From NCBI GenBank assembly GCA_963827735.1, contig CAWHBO010000001.1:40297-104296 (forward strand): DNA of 64,000 nt. The letters run 5' to 3'. Shown piece by piece: positions 40,448 to 51,311 of this stretch. Position numbers and translations under genes: made by a program. The notes beneath the pieces were generated by a model. The model ran no database searches. It was not told where the DNA came from and saw only the letters and a program-made list of their open reading frames with translations. This DNA is from Candidatus Parcubacteria bacterium. Lineage in GTDB: Bacteria > Patescibacteriota > Patescibacteriia > Patescibacteriales > UBA12075. The first letter of the stretch is position 1. Every line of letters begins with the position of its first letter.

Positions 40448-42103
40448 TCAGCTTATCACTTTCCCTCCAAAAGTTTTAAGGAGGCTGTCCACAACTTTGT
40501 CTTTATCAATCTTGATGTTTGCGGGGTAATCCTCCTCAATGCTTGCCGGAGCGCTTTCTTCGGAAAAAACCGGAGCATTTTCACTGGCTGACAAAGAATT
40601 GTTCGCTTGGATATTCTCATCAATGATCGCTTCAATTGAAAAACGTCGGCCATACACCTCTTCCATCACTTTTTCCACGATTTGTCTGATGCCGTTGTCG
40701 CTTAAGCGATCCTTATGGAATTTATATTTAAAAGCCAGGCACACATCATTTCCGGTAACGCTTCTTGGCTCGCAAACGCGCAGAATAAAAGAAAGTGAAT
40801 GGTTATATTTTTTTATCTTTGCCAGCACCTCGTTCCAACGGGATGATATCTCGTTTTTTTCAATCTCAGTTGAAGGAATTTTATCCGCGTCCCGAAACGG
40901 TGTTTGTCCGTTTGCCGGCTTCGCTTGAGATAAGCCTTGGTTGCCATAATTGCGGTTGGAGGCAGATACGGTATTCATGGAAATCATCCTGGCATTTTGA
41001 TCGGAAACCGAAGATGATGAAAGATTGATGATCGCAACCTCCAAGGGCAGCTGCTGGATAAAACTCGCGCTCAAGCTGTTTTTGGCGATTGAAAATCCGT
41101 TGATCGCTCCGATTATCTGAGCCAAATCCATTTTCGACGCAACATTTGAAAGCCTAGTTTCCATATCCGGGCTAAGTTCTTGCCCGAATTTTTCAGAAAG
41201 TCCGGGGGATATTTTGAGTAGCATCAATTTGCGCAAAACTTCAATCAAATCAATCGTAAATCTCTTCAAATCAACACCATCTCTGATCAGATTGTTTATA
41301 AGCTCAATCGCCTTGGCCGCGTCTTTCTGGCTTAAAAACTCAATCAGCGTCATCACTTCATTCATATCGCTTCTTGGAATCACCAGGTCAGCGTCTTTTT
41401 CCGTTATCTCATCGCCGCCAATGGCTGCAATTTGGCCGAGCAAGCCAATAGCGTCTCGCATATGCCCCTCAGAATGCCGGGCGATTGACTCCAGGACGCC
41501 TTTTTGAATCTTAATTTTTTCTGAATCAGCGATAAAAGACAAGCGTTTAACGATATCTGAAAATGACATCCGCTTAAAATCAAATCTCTCGCAGCGTGAA
41601 ATTATAGTGTTGGGAATTTTATGAGCTTCGGTCGTACACAAGACAAAAATCACATTCAGCGGCGGCTCTTCCAAAACTTTTAGCAAAGCATTGAAAGCTG
41701 AAATCGAAAGCATATGGACCTCATCAATGATAAAAACTTTGAATTTTGAATGGCTCGGGGCAATGCGCGAAACAGCAATGATGTTTTCTCTGACATTGTC
41801 AACGCCCGTATGGCTGGCCGCGTCTATCTCAATCGTGTCCATGTCATTCCCTTTGGAAACATTCTCGCAAGAAGCGCAATTGTTGCATGGTTCAAATTCA
41901 CCCGGTTTCTTTTGCTCGCAATTGAGTGACTTGGCGATCAGGCGGGCCAGCGTCGTTTTTCCAACTCCGCGCGGACCGCAAAACAAATAAGCATGCGCCA
42001 GCTTGCCGGCTGCAATCTCATGCTCAATGGTAACTTTTATGTGATTCTGCCCGGTAAGCTCAGAAAAACCCTGGGGGCGGTATTTACGGTATAGAGTGGC
42101 CAT
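40448..42103 (-). CDS. dnaX: DNA polymerase III subunit gamma/tau
   Basis: LYRKYRP, GPRGVGKTT, EIDAAS, IDEVHML and SRC motifs. Confidence 0.96.
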   Translation of the reverse strand: MATLYRKYRPQGFSELTGQNHIKVTIEHEIAAGKLAHAYLFCGPRGVGKTTLARLIAKSLNCEQKKPGEFEPCNNCASCENVSKGNDMDTIEIDAASHTGVDNVRENIIAVSRIAPSHSKFKVFIIDEVHMLSISAFNALLKVLEEPPLNVIFVLCTTEAHKIPNTIISRCERFDFKRMSFSDIVKRLSFIADSEKIKIQKGVLESIARHSEGHMRDAIGLLGQIAAIGGDEITEKDADLVIPRSDMNEVMTLIEFLSQKDAAKAIELINNLIRDGVDLKRFTIDLIEVLRKLMLLKISPGLSEKFGQELSPDMETRLSNVASKMDLAQIIGAINGFSIAKNSLSASFIQQLPLEVAIINLSSSSVSDQNARMISMNTVSASNRNYGNQGLSQAKPANGQTPFRDADKIPSTEIEKNEISSRWNEVLAKIKKYNHSLSFILRVCEPRSVTGNDVCLAFKYKFHKDRLSDNGIRQIVEKVMEEVYGRRFSIEAIIDENIQANNSLSASENAPVFSEESAPASIEEDYPANIKIDKDKVVDSLLKTFGGKVIS

Positions 42104-42140
42104 ACTTTATAATATAATTAACCTTTACGTTTTATTAAAA

Positions 42141-42245
42141 AATATTCAATGATCAATAACCAATATTCAATCAATAATCAATGAAAAAATAATCAATTGA
42201 GCATTAAAAAATTGGATATTGATTGAATGTTGATCATTGAATATT
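42141..42245. repeat. Inverted ATATTCA-family element with 16-bp perfect terminal IRs
   Basis: AATATTCAATGATCAA ... TTGATCATTGAATATT. Confidence 0.85.
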
Positions 42246-42314
42246 ATACCTGAAATGTTAAAAAAAATTAAAACAACAGACAATCATGCCGTTCTTATAA
42301 ATAAAAATTCTGTT

Positions 42315-42998
42315 CTATTGCTTCACAATATTCTCCACCGCCGCCCATTTGCTTTCTCCGACTTTGGGGACCAAAATCACGACTTCGTCGCCGTTTTGGC
42401 CTTTGAAATAAGTGACGGAAGCCGTAAGCACTCTCCAGCTTTTGTCCTCGGAATGGACAGTGAAATTTCCATTAGCGGCTTGCTCCAGGATGCCGATAAC
42501 CCTGCCTCTTTCAATCGGACCAATCTGTTTGTAGACGAATGTTCCGTTGGCAGTGATCGTAAGCTTCAAGATATCGCCTTCCACCAGCTTAGACTTTGAA
42601 GCATAGTTGGCCGGGATGCTATATTGCTTGCCGTCCGGGCCAATCATGCATTCGCCATCAAAGACGCCTTCAATGATTTGCCCGCTGTCATCCTCTGAAG
42701 CGTCATCTTGTTTTTCGCTCATCTGCCCGATGCTGATGCGCGCTTCGTTCTCGCTCATCACGCCGGAAAGCAGATCAATCATCTTCTCAATGCTCTGCTT
42801 CTGGTTAAGCAACAGTTTTCTGAGAAGATCTATTTTTGTTTTTGAAAACTCGCGAGTTTCCTCATGTTCATCGCTTTTTGGCTTTTTTTTGCTTTTTTCT
42901 TCGGCATGACCTTCCAATTCCAGGTCATCAACCAAAAAATTTTCTTCACTTTCATTGTTTAACTCATCATTTTGAGCGTTTTTTTGATTTGAAACCAT
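42315..42998 (-). CDS. Conserved hypothetical protein
   Basis: Acidic N-terminus, then a globular domain IIEGVFDG..GPDGKQYSIPANYASKSKLVEGD. Confidence 0.75.
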   Translation of the reverse strand: MVSNQKNAQNDELNNESEENFLVDDLELEGHAEEKSKKKPKSDEHEETREFSKTKIDLLRKLLLNQKQSIEKMIDLLSGVMSENEARISIGQMSEKQDDASEDDSGQIIEGVFDGECMIGPDGKQYSIPANYASKSKLVEGDILKLTITANGTFVYKQIGPIERGRVIGILEQAANGNFTVHSEDKSWRVLTASVTYFKGQNGDEVVILVPKVGESKWAAVENIVKQ

Positions 42999-43096
42999 AT
43001 ATTTTTATTTTAATATTGGGGATTTTTTATTTTAATAAACTAATTTTTGACTTTTACATCTTAGAACAAATTTTGGTTTTTGTAAACAACTTATTT

Positions 43097-43164
43097 TACA
43101 AAATACAAATTTATACAAATATACAAACAATTGTTTGTATATTTGTATAAATTTGTATTTTGTA
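43097..43164. repeat. 68-bp perfect, spacer-less palindrome built from TACAAA(T) units
   Basis: TACAAAATACAAATTTATACAAATATACAAACAA|TTGTTTGTATATTTGTATAAATTTGTATTTTGTA. Confidence 0.92.
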
Positions 43165-43166
43165 TA

Positions 43167-45692
43167 CTAGTAATTCGACCGCCTGCGTATCTCCGCCTCT
43201 ATCAGCTTCCTATCTTGCCCGTACTTCAGACGGCTTAACATCTTTATCTTGCCAACGAGTTCCGGCCGCTCAATCCCCGGCAAAGGATATGTGGCGCGCA
43301 TGGAAAACGGCCGGCTGGAGGCATTATCAATGAGCAGTTTTACATAAGCTGTATATCTTTCAATGTTGATCAAATCGTATTGATTAAAAACCGGCGCAAA
43401 TTCTTTTTCCATCACCTCAGCGTCTTCCGAGCCGACTTTGAACAAAATCCAAGTGCCGACGTTTCCAAAAACGGCCTCTTTGATTGAAGAATCTTGATTC
43501 TTCACAAGCTGTCCCAGATACTGGTGAGCGATGATCAAATTTAATTTATACTTTCTCGCTTCTGACAAAATTGAGTTGATGGAGTCAGTGGTGAAATTTT
43601 GGAATTCATCAATATATAAATAAAAATCTTTGCGGGCTTCTTCGGGGATATCGGTCCGTGACAGCGCCGCCATGAGAATTTGACCGACCAAAATCATGCC
43701 GAGAAGATGAGCATTCATTTCTCCAACTTGTCCTTTTGAAAGATCAATCAGCAAGATTTTGCGCTTATCCATCACATCTCTCAAATTGAAGGCGCTTTTC
43801 TGCTGAGCGATGATGGGGCGCATGGTATCGTTGGAAATAAATTGCGTCAGCTTGGATGTAACGTACGGCACAACGTTGGCCAGAGCCGCGTCTCCTCCGG
43901 CTTTTTCCGCTTCCTTGCGCCAAAAATCAACCACGGTCTGGTCGGCGCATTTTTCCAGCTTCATCTTTCGGAATTCTGCATCAGCCAAAACCTTCGGCAC
44001 CTCCATAAGCGTTGATCCTGATTCGGGACTGGCCATGATGAGCAGCATCGCATTCCTGACATATTGCTCAAAGATCGGTCCGCCGGTCGCTTTGAGATCA
44101 TACAGCTTATCAAAGATTTTTATCATCTCGTTTATGACAAAGGTCTTTTGTTCCGGATATCTGGGGTCATATTCAAGCAGATTGAGCCCCAGCGGCCTTT
44201 CCGTGTCAGCCGGTGCGAACAAAATGACATCTTCCGCTCTTTCCGGGGGAATTCTGGACATAACATCCGATACCAAGTCGCCATGCGGATCAAGCAAGCA
44301 CACGCCTTCTCCATTTAAAATATCCTGAACAGCCATGCTGGCGATCATGGTGGATTTGCCTGATCCTGATTTTCCAATCATGTACGTATGGCGCCTTCGA
44401 TCATTTCTTTTCATATGGATATCCCTCGTTATGCCGCGATAAACATTTTGTCCAAGGACGATGCCTTCGCCCGGCAATTCCGAAGGGGCGGGAGCGTGGC
44501 TCGCGGAGAGCCAAAGGATGTTCGGTGTTTCGCTGGTCTTGTTGGGAAAATGAAAAAGGCTTGCCAATTCTTCCGTATTCAGAAGAAATCTTATCTTTCT
44601 GTTGAAACGACGATAAATAAAATCGTGGATGGTTCTTCGTTTTTCGCCAATCCTGATCTTGTTCATGAAGCTGTTGCCATATTCATACAGATTGTATTGC
44701 GCGTAAGCGCTGATAAGATTCTCCAGATACATTCTTCCTTGTCCCGCATTTTCCGCGCTGACAACGATGCGAAGATTGACATCCAAACCGGCCTTGGAAT
44801 TCTTTTCTTCAATGCCCTTAAGCATCTCTTCCTCCATCTGGGTAAGCCTGTTCATCTGAGGGTTGTTTATATCCTTGCTGGGAGATTTCGCCGCCTTGAA
44901 AAGCTCATAAAAAAAACGTGTGATTGGATTCATATCATGCGTCCTAAGAATTTGCCTGATAGACTCGCCTTTGTATATCTTGCGTCCAATCTTGCCCGCC
45001 TTGCTATGCCATCTGGGATGCGCGCTCCTTACGATATACTGAATTGACATCCCTTCATCTTCTCTGAGCTTGGTCATTACATTGAGAATCGTATTTAAAG
45101 GATCGACTTCCATCTTGTTATATGTCTTCAAGGGCAAAAGCATATTGCGGCGGGTTTTGATATCACCGGCAATGATCGCGCTTTGGGGATTAAAAATGTT
45201 ATAATCAGAGGATTCTTCCACCACGGCTGAAGGGTAGTGGGCATTGATCTGCTGTTCCATATAACGCTTCATGCCGGTTGGGACAATCACGTAAAAAATG
45301 ATCTTCTTCTCTTTGGCGACAATTTCAAAACTGAAATGGTCATTCCTTCCCAAAAACCAACTTTTAATCCCCCTCTGCGCTCTCAAGCCTCCAATTGAAG
45401 AAAAAATCGTTTCTCCCTTTGCCAGAATCTCCTTCAATTCCTGCACCGTTGTTTCCTTGTCCTTATCTCCCGGCTTATCTTTCGGCAGACGAACGATAAA
45501 TACCGTATGCTGGTAAAAAGCGCTTTTTGACGCCAAACTCTCGCAGATCCTTCTTAACGCAAAAACAAAAACCACGGCCAGCAAAGCCAAAAAGGGATAC
45601 AGCGCCCAAGTGCCGAAAACGATATCAAAGATGCTGCGGCTTACGATTATAAAATTTTGATCAATGATTGGATTTGACAGGCCGTAATCCAT
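43167..45692 (-). CDS. Membrane-anchored VirD4/TraM-recognition/HerA-like P-loop ATPase
   Basis: DRRRHTYMIGKSGSGKS (Walker A), LDPHGD, YIDEFQNF (Walker B) and LSEARKY.L.LIIAHQY motifs. Confidence 0.85.
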   Translation of the reverse strand: MDYGLSNPIIDQNFIIVSRSIFDIVFGTWALYPFLALLAVVFVFALRRICESLASKSAFYQHTVFIVRLPKDKPGDKDKETTVQELKEILAKGETIFSSIGGLRAQRGIKSWFLGRNDHFSFEIVAKEKKIIFYVIVPTGMKRYMEQQINAHYPSAVVEESSDYNIFNPQSAIIAGDIKTRRNMLLPLKTYNKMEVDPLNTILNVMTKLREDEGMSIQYIVRSAHPRWHSKAGKIGRKIYKGESIRQILRTHDMNPITRFFYELFKAAKSPSKDINNPQMNRLTQMEEEMLKGIEEKNSKAGLDVNLRIVVSAENAGQGRMYLENLISAYAQYNLYEYGNSFMNKIRIGEKRRTIHDFIYRRFNRKIRFLLNTEELASLFHFPNKTSETPNILWLSASHAPAPSELPGEGIVLGQNVYRGITRDIHMKRNDRRRHTYMIGKSGSGKSTMIASMAVQDILNGEGVCLLDPHGDLVSDVMSRIPPERAEDVILFAPADTERPLGLNLLEYDPRYPEQKTFVINEMIKIFDKLYDLKATGGPIFEQYVRNAMLLIMASPESGSTLMEVPKVLADAEFRKMKLEKCADQTVVDFWRKEAEKAGGDAALANVVPYVTSKLTQFISNDTMRPIIAQQKSAFNLRDVMDKRKILLIDLSKGQVGEMNAHLLGMILVGQILMAALSRTDIPEEARKDFYLYIDEFQNFTTDSINSILSEARKYKLNLIIAHQYLGQLVKNQDSSIKEAVFGNVGTWILFKVGSEDAEVMEKEFAPVFNQYDLINIERYTAYVKLLIDNASSRPFSMRATYPLPGIERPELVGKIKMLSRLKYGQDRKLIEAEIRRRSNY

Positions 45693-45774
45693 ATGGATAA
45701 TCTTTTAAATTATATTTTAATATCTAAAATAACTATTTTAAAATTCTTTTATATTGCCGTCTCTAAATGTTTTT

Positions 45775-45858
45775 AATAATCAATATCCAATGATCAATAT
45801 TCAATGAATATTCAATATTTAATATTCATTGAATATTGAATATTGTGCATTGAACATT
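45775..45858. repeat. Inverted ATATTCA/TGAATAT heptamer-array element
   Basis: caatattcaatgaatattcaatatt-t-aatattcattgaatattgaatattg. Confidence 0.8.
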
Positions 45859-45916
45859 CTAGATTTTTTACACAAAACTTCAATCTTAATCAATTTAAAG
45901 GAGCAACTCAAAATTA

Positions 45917-48520
45917 TCAGTTGATCCTGTATACCTCCCCCCAATGCTTATCGCTATCAAGCTCGCATCCGGAAGAGCAAACATCAAATGCGCGGCTGTA
46001 AATTTTTTGAAAATTTGACGCAACCACAATGTCGCGTTTGATAAAAACGCCAATGGTTCCGGCTTGCTTCTGCCAAAGCAATGAATATGGCGCAAATTTT
46101 TCCGAATCAGCTCCCATGATCATAAGAAGCTTATTCTTCCAAGTATCTTCCGCTTTTACCGCCTCCAATCTAAACGGCAATCGGTACTTGATTCTTGCAG
46201 TGATTGATTTTCCGGGATCAACCATAAGCCACCCGGCAAAAACCGTCTTGCCTGATTCTTTATAAATCTTAGCTCCGCTCTCGGGATCAGTTAGCGCCAT
46301 GCCTTCGGTTTCCGCAATATATATATCTGTTTCCGCATCACCCTCCGGCTTTGAAAAAAATTTTTCATCCGGTGAAGTGAAGCCTTCAGCAAAAATCATT
46401 TCTGAACCTTCTGGCACATAGACCCTAAGCCAGTCCACGTTTCTGACGCCGCTAAAGGCAGTTCCTTTGACACCGGAATGAGTTCTTTTGATGCTTAAGG
46501 TGTTTTCAATCTGTCCATTTTGCAGGATTTCCGTTTCTAAGGCGACTTTATCATTTATCATCTTATCGCTTTTCCCGCCGGCGATGTTCGTATGTACGAC
46601 ACTCAGATAATCTGAATCTGTTTCTTTCATTCGACCGCTAAAATTATAGTCATCGGATATTTTTCCAAGTTCGTTATTTTTAAAATAAAGCAGGATTTGC
46701 TTTTCCGCTAGATTTTTTTCCATCACATTCAAAAATTCAATGAATTTTCCACGATCCATTCTCTCTGATATTGCCGGTATCAATTTATCCGCCAAATCTC
46801 CAATGATTTTTTTTGGTTCAACATTGTTTTTTTCAATCGCTGTATTCGGACTTGTGCTTGCCTCTGTTGAACTGGCAGACAACTCCTCATTTGCGCTCAT
46901 ATATTTGTTTTCCGTATACGCCGGATGATCCTTGGGTTTTTGTTCGGAAAATGTCTGAACAATATCCCAAAAATTTTCACTGTTGATTGTGAGATTTTCA
47001 TAGTCAGGCCCCATGTCGATTGGGCCGATGATTTTTAACAAGCGCTCAATCACTGTCGGGGTCAAGCTTAACACTCCATCCACGCTCGGACCTGAGCTTT
47101 TTTCATAAAAAAATTCCAACTTTTTCGCGCTTTTTGTCCAATCCGGCCACCAATTTGCATCCCAAAAATGCCAAAAAGGATTAACCAGATGGAGCGGTTC
47201 GGGAGCGATAAAACGATCCATCATGCCGCCCTCGGTGTCATAACTGCCGCCGGTCGGAACTTCTATATTTTTTATTTTTCCTTCGGAGAAATCAAGCAAG
47301 GCGTAAGATCCGATAAAGCCTCCGGTCGCTCTCAGTTCGGTGTTATTTTGAAAAACGATCAGATAACGCTTATCATAATCAAAGCCGAGAAAAATCTTTA
47401 AGCCATAAAGAAGGTTGTTTACTTCCTTCACGCTTAAAATGATGGGCTCAAAATTTTCTTGCAGCTCTTTAAACTGCGCTTGGTATTCTTCCGGCAAGCT
47501 TCCGGCATCGATCGCATCCAGTTTGCGTCCCAGTTCATCGGCAAGTTTTTCAATGTTTTTAAAACGCTGAGAAAAATTTTCCACAATGATTTGTATGCTC
47601 TTATCATCTTCATTCAAAGGCAAAAAAGCTGAAGAAAGCTCTTCTCCGATTCGAGCGGATAGCCTTCCGGCGTCAAGGATATCATCGGCTTGCCCGGCCA
47701 TCTGCGCCATTTTTCCCGGTATGATTTTTCCGATCAAGCCAAAGAGAATTGACAGTTTGCCAATTTGCTTTCTCGCGTCTGAAAATTTATCTCCAGCAGC
47801 TTTAAAATTCGCTTCAGCCAGAGAAAAATCAATCTGCTCCGCGTTTGCGCCGGCTGACTTGATATCTTCAACCGCGTCTTCGGAAACCCCCAAGACTCTG
47901 CCTTTCATATCCAAGACATCCGCATACAAAAGAAATCCTTTAAACGGCAAGACGGCTACAAAAAAAATAACGCCTGTAACCAAACAGATTTTAAAAGAGT
48001 TAAAGCTGAATTTGGGAAGAAAAATCCGATATGAGAATACCGGTTGTTTTTTAAGCACCATTTCCGGCTCCTGCAAGTCTGGCTGGTTTTTTTTCTCTTT
48101 CTTTTTGAACAGCTGACTGAGCAAATGTTTTTTTGTTTTTTGCTTTTCCGGCGGTATCAAGCAGAAACGCCTTATTTCATCATCAGCCCCCGTTTCAATT
48201 CTCATGACCAAGTTTTTTTCTTTGGATTTTCTTGAACTTAACAGAAACGCGATGGGTATAAAAAAAACAAAACGCAGGATGTTAACCACAAGCTTGCCGA
48301 TTTTCATGCTTAGTTTAAAAAACATGAGGGCAAAAGGATAGATAAACAACCGTTTGCTTTGTTGCCTTTTTTTATACAGATACTTTAAATCATTTTCTTC
48401 TTCTTCGGGTATCGACAAAAGTTCTTCTTCAGCGCAAGGAGTGAGATTTACCAAAAAACGGGACCTTGGGATCCCTTTTTTTGTATATAAAATCTGCTGT
48501 TTTTTTATTTTCTGAAGCAT
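45917..48520 (-). CDS. DUF4012 domain membrane protein
   Basis: YLIVFQNNTELRATGGFIGS, DANWWPD, N..GGKSD and WLRVYVPEGS motifs. Confidence 0.9.
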   Translation of the reverse strand: MLQKIKKQQILYTKKGIPRSRFLVNLTPCAEEELLSIPEEEENDLKYLYKKRQQSKRLFIYPFALMFFKLSMKIGKLVVNILRFVFFIPIAFLLSSRKSKEKNLVMRIETGADDEIRRFCLIPPEKQKTKKHLLSQLFKKKEKKNQPDLQEPEMVLKKQPVFSYRIFLPKFSFNSFKICLVTGVIFFVAVLPFKGFLLYADVLDMKGRVLGVSEDAVEDIKSAGANAEQIDFSLAEANFKAAGDKFSDARKQIGKLSILFGLIGKIIPGKMAQMAGQADDILDAGRLSARIGEELSSAFLPLNEDDKSIQIIVENFSQRFKNIEKLADELGRKLDAIDAGSLPEEYQAQFKELQENFEPIILSVKEVNNLLYGLKIFLGFDYDKRYLIVFQNNTELRATGGFIGSYALLDFSEGKIKNIEVPTGGSYDTEGGMMDRFIAPEPLHLVNPFWHFWDANWWPDWTKSAKKLEFFYEKSSGPSVDGVLSLTPTVIERLLKIIGPIDMGPDYENLTINSENFWDIVQTFSEQKPKDHPAYTENKYMSANEELSASSTEASTSPNTAIEKNNVEPKKIIGDLADKLIPAISERMDRGKFIEFLNVMEKNLAEKQILLYFKNNELGKISDDYNFSGRMKETDSDYLSVVHTNIAGGKSDKMINDKVALETEILQNGQIENTLSIKRTHSGVKGTAFSGVRNVDWLRVYVPEGSEMIFAEGFTSPDEKFFSKPEGDAETDIYIAETEGMALTDPESGAKIYKESGKTVFAGWLMVDPGKSITARIKYRLPFRLEAVKAEDTWKNKLLMIMGADSEKFAPYSLLWQKQAGTIGVFIKRDIVVASNFQKIYSRAFDVCSSGCELDSDKHWGEVYRIN

Positions 48521-48750
48521 GAGAAAAAATCCAAAAACATTTAAAAATTTTCTATAAACTTGTGTATATTATACCAAAATTTACCGGCAATTACAAATTA
48601 GCTTATTGTCTGTAATATTTTACTATTTAATTCTTATTTTTCTTATTTTTCTTATTTTTCTTTTTATTCTTCTTGCTCTTCAACCAATACCCGAAGCAAC
48701 AAAAAAAAGCTTTTGAAATTCCAAAAGCTTTTTATACATATACAAAACCC

Positions 48751-49785
48751 CTACCTTGGATACTGGAGCAACGTCGTTATCAAATCCTCCATATCAACTT
48801 TTGCCACCGCAATCTTGCTGTCTGCCGCGCCGTAATAGATATACAGGTCGTTTCCGAATTGAGCAGTGCCGGTCGGGAAGACGACATCATTGACTGTTCC
48901 TTCAATCTCGTAATTTTGATCCGGAGAAAAAAGCGGCATTGGCAGCCGGGCCATGACTTTGTTGGGATTGTTTATGTCAAGTAGCGCCGCGCCGGCATGG
49001 TAAACTCTTTTTTTGTTCATTTCCTGCGCCGTATGGAAAATCACCAGCCAGCCAGCTCTGGTTCTGATCGGAGGGGCCCCCGCGCCCACGTGCCGGCTGT
49101 CAAAACCATGCTCGCCTTCCAAAATGACGTTATTACCCAGGTTCATCAAGCTGAAAATCCAAAAATATTTATCTTTCAGTTGTCCAAAATCTTCAAAGTC
49201 AACCATTTGCGCGTCCGGTAAAATTCTCTGTATCCCTCGGAAGCGTCCGTCAATCAGTTCCGGGAAAAGCACAAAGTCCTTGTGCCAGATAAGGATGTTG
49301 CTGCCGTTGAACTCCCGGTAAAAAGATTCAAAAAAGTAGTAGCTGTCTTTAAGTTTTGAATACCGGAAAATTTTGACAGCATCGCGGTACTGAATTTTGG
49401 GACTGATCACGCCTCCCCTTTTCAGCTTAAACAGGTCGGGTCCATACGCATACGAACTGATGGCATTCTTGCCATCATGCGCGACGTAAGTCATGTAAAA
49501 AGTATCGTCAATTTTTACGATCCGCGGATCTTCCATGCCTTTTGATTCTTCTTTGCGCTGCGGCAACATAAAAGGCTTGTCCCAGCGTTCCGCGATTGTT
49601 GTCGGTCCGGACAAACGCGCGTACCCGAGGCAAGATCCTTCGTCTTTGCTGATCGCTCGGTAAATCAAATGGATGTTATCGCCATCCTGATAAATAGCCG
49701 GATTCAAAACCCCTTGATCCTCAAATTTGTTGGTTGTGGGGCCGAGTATCACGCCCAATTTTTGCACTTTTACTTTTTTTGGCAT
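48751..49785 (-). CDS. GH130-like five-bladed beta-propeller glycosidase/phosphorylase
   Basis: VLNPA, EDPRI, GAGAPP, VVFPTG and IYYGAAD motifs. Confidence 0.85.
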   Translation of the reverse strand: MPKKVKVQKLGVILGPTTNKFEDQGVLNPAIYQDGDNIHLIYRAISKDEGSCLGYARLSGPTTIAERWDKPFMLPQRKEESKGMEDPRIVKIDDTFYMTYVAHDGKNAISSYAYGPDLFKLKRGGVISPKIQYRDAVKIFRYSKLKDSYYFFESFYREFNGSNILIWHKDFVLFPELIDGRFRGIQRILPDAQMVDFEDFGQLKDKYFWIFSLMNLGNNVILEGEHGFDSRHVGAGAPPIRTRAGWLVIFHTAQEMNKKRVYHAGAALLDINNPNKVMARLPMPLFSPDQNYEIEGTVNDVVFPTGTAQFGNDLYIYYGAADSKIAVAKVDMEDLITTLLQYPR

Positions 49786-49857
49786 AAATTATCAATGTTT
49801 AATTGTATTTTGGAATTATAACAGATTATCGGATTTTTATAAAATTACAAACTTATT

Positions 49858-50265
49858 CTAAATTTCATTTTCATTAACATAATCTAACACAATCTTTTTT
49901 AAAATATTGGCGAACTTAACTCCCGGAATATCCTTTCTTGAAAAAAATTTCAACCGCTCCCCCTCTTGCAAAGTAATTTTGCCAATTGGTAAATCAATCT
50001 TACCAATATATACATATTTTTCATTTTGAAAGGCATCTCCTTCCAGACATTCATATTTCCTAAAAAACCGAAATTCTTTAAGGTCATAATTCAACTCTTC
50101 TTTTACCTCTCGAATCAATGCTTCTTCCGGAGTTTCATCAACTTCAACATGTCCACCAAATAAATCCCAATGATGAGGAAAGGGTATGTTTGGTTTATTA
50201 TCACGCAAGTAAAGCAGGATTTCTTTATTATTATTTTCCAGAATTATTGATGCAATTTTCTCCAT
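49858..50265 (-). CDS. Nudix hydrolase
   Basis: GGHVEVDETPEEALIREVKEEL Nudix box. Confidence 0.9.
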   Translation of the reverse strand: MEKIASIILENNNKEILLYLRDNKPNIPFPHHWDLFGGHVEVDETPEEALIREVKEELNYDLKEFRFFRKYECLEGDAFQNEKYVYIGKIDLPIGKITLQEGERLKFFSRKDIPGVKFANILKKIVLDYVNENEI

Positions 50266-50278
50266 ATTAAGTTAAAGA

Positions 50279-51295
50279 TTATTTATTTTTATCACTCTCC
50301 ACTATTTTAGTGTCTAACGATTCTAACCAACTTTTGATTTTTAAAACAAAAGCTTCGGGATGAGAACTGATTTCATCGTGCAAACCATCAATTTCAATCC
50401 TATGTTGTTTTTGGATATTGTCAGGTAGCTTTTCGTATAATTCCTTTCTTGTTTGCCTAAAATCGCTAAGCTCATCGGTACTACTTAATATTAAAATATT
50501 TGATTTAATTTCAGATAACAGTTTTTCCAAGTCAACTTCTTTTCTTTGAGCAACAGATTTTAACTGATTAACAGCTCTTATGGGGTTAATAAAATTTTTT
50601 ATCTGATCTACATCTTGCCGCAGATAATTTTTAAATGCCTCAGGATCATCATTAAGTGATTCAGAAAAACGAGCTGGGGCGATATCTAGAATATGATGTT
50701 TAACAAAATCTTTTGCTAGAGCGGTTATATTTTTATCATTTGCGGCTATACCGTTAACAAGCACTATATTCTTAACAATCTCAGGGTGTGATTTTGCAAG
50801 TTCCATCGCTATGATATCTGATCGAGAATGACCAATCACGGTCACTTCTGAATATTCAGGTCTGATTCCAATTTTTTGAAAAGCTGCATAATAGACATCA
50901 TTCATTTTTTTAAGGCTGCTCCTTTTTAACGACGAACTTTTCCCGGAATCAAGCGGTGAAAAACAGATAACCCTGCAATTTCCCATATACTGCGCCAACT
51001 CTTTTGCGGTACAGTCATAAGAGACGTGAGAAAATGAAAATCCGGGAATTATAACCAACACCTTCTCCTCGCCTTCTGCCTTTTCTTTGGCGGGAATTTC
51101 TATATATTCCAATTGTATAACCTGCCCCTCATATTCTAAGGAAATTTGTTTTGAATTTTTTATGTCCTCCATTATTTCAGAAAGCCTCTTTGGGTCTTTT
51201 TCTCTTTCATATTTAATATATGAATTTTTCTCGTTATCCGAATCTTGATTAATTGGCTGGGCATATATATCGTTTGTAGGTAACAATTCTTTCAT
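50279..51295 (-). CDS. Alpha/beta hydrolase-fold protein
   Basis: VIIPGF, VTVIGHSRS (atypical nucleophile elbow) and a C-terminal His (GLHD). Confidence 0.65.
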   Translation of the reverse strand: MKELLPTNDIYAQPINQDSDNEKNSYIKYEREKDPKRLSEIMEDIKNSKQISLEYEGQVIQLEYIEIPAKEKAEGEEKVLVIIPGFSFSHVSYDCTAKELAQYMGNCRVICFSPLDSGKSSSLKRSSLKKMNDVYYAAFQKIGIRPEYSEVTVIGHSRSDIIAMELAKSHPEIVKNIVLVNGIAANDKNITALAKDFVKHHILDIAPARFSESLNDDPEAFKNYLRQDVDQIKNFINPIRAVNQLKSVAQRKEVDLEKLLSEIKSNILILSSTDELSDFRQTRKELYEKLPDNIQKQHRIEIDGLHDEISSHPEAFVLKIKSWLESLDTKIVESDKNK

Positions 51296-51311
51296 AATTA
51301 CTATTTAATAA

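Noticed and set aside
43167-45692. VirD4-like ATPase as evidence of a conjugative element
   Set aside because: No relaxase or other T4SS genes nearby; it sits among core genes.
48631-48674. TTCTTATTT 9-mer run, and similar short runs at 14271-14303 and 40440-40458
   Set aside because: They may be further solo arms, but they are too short or low-complexity and have no partner arm in the window.
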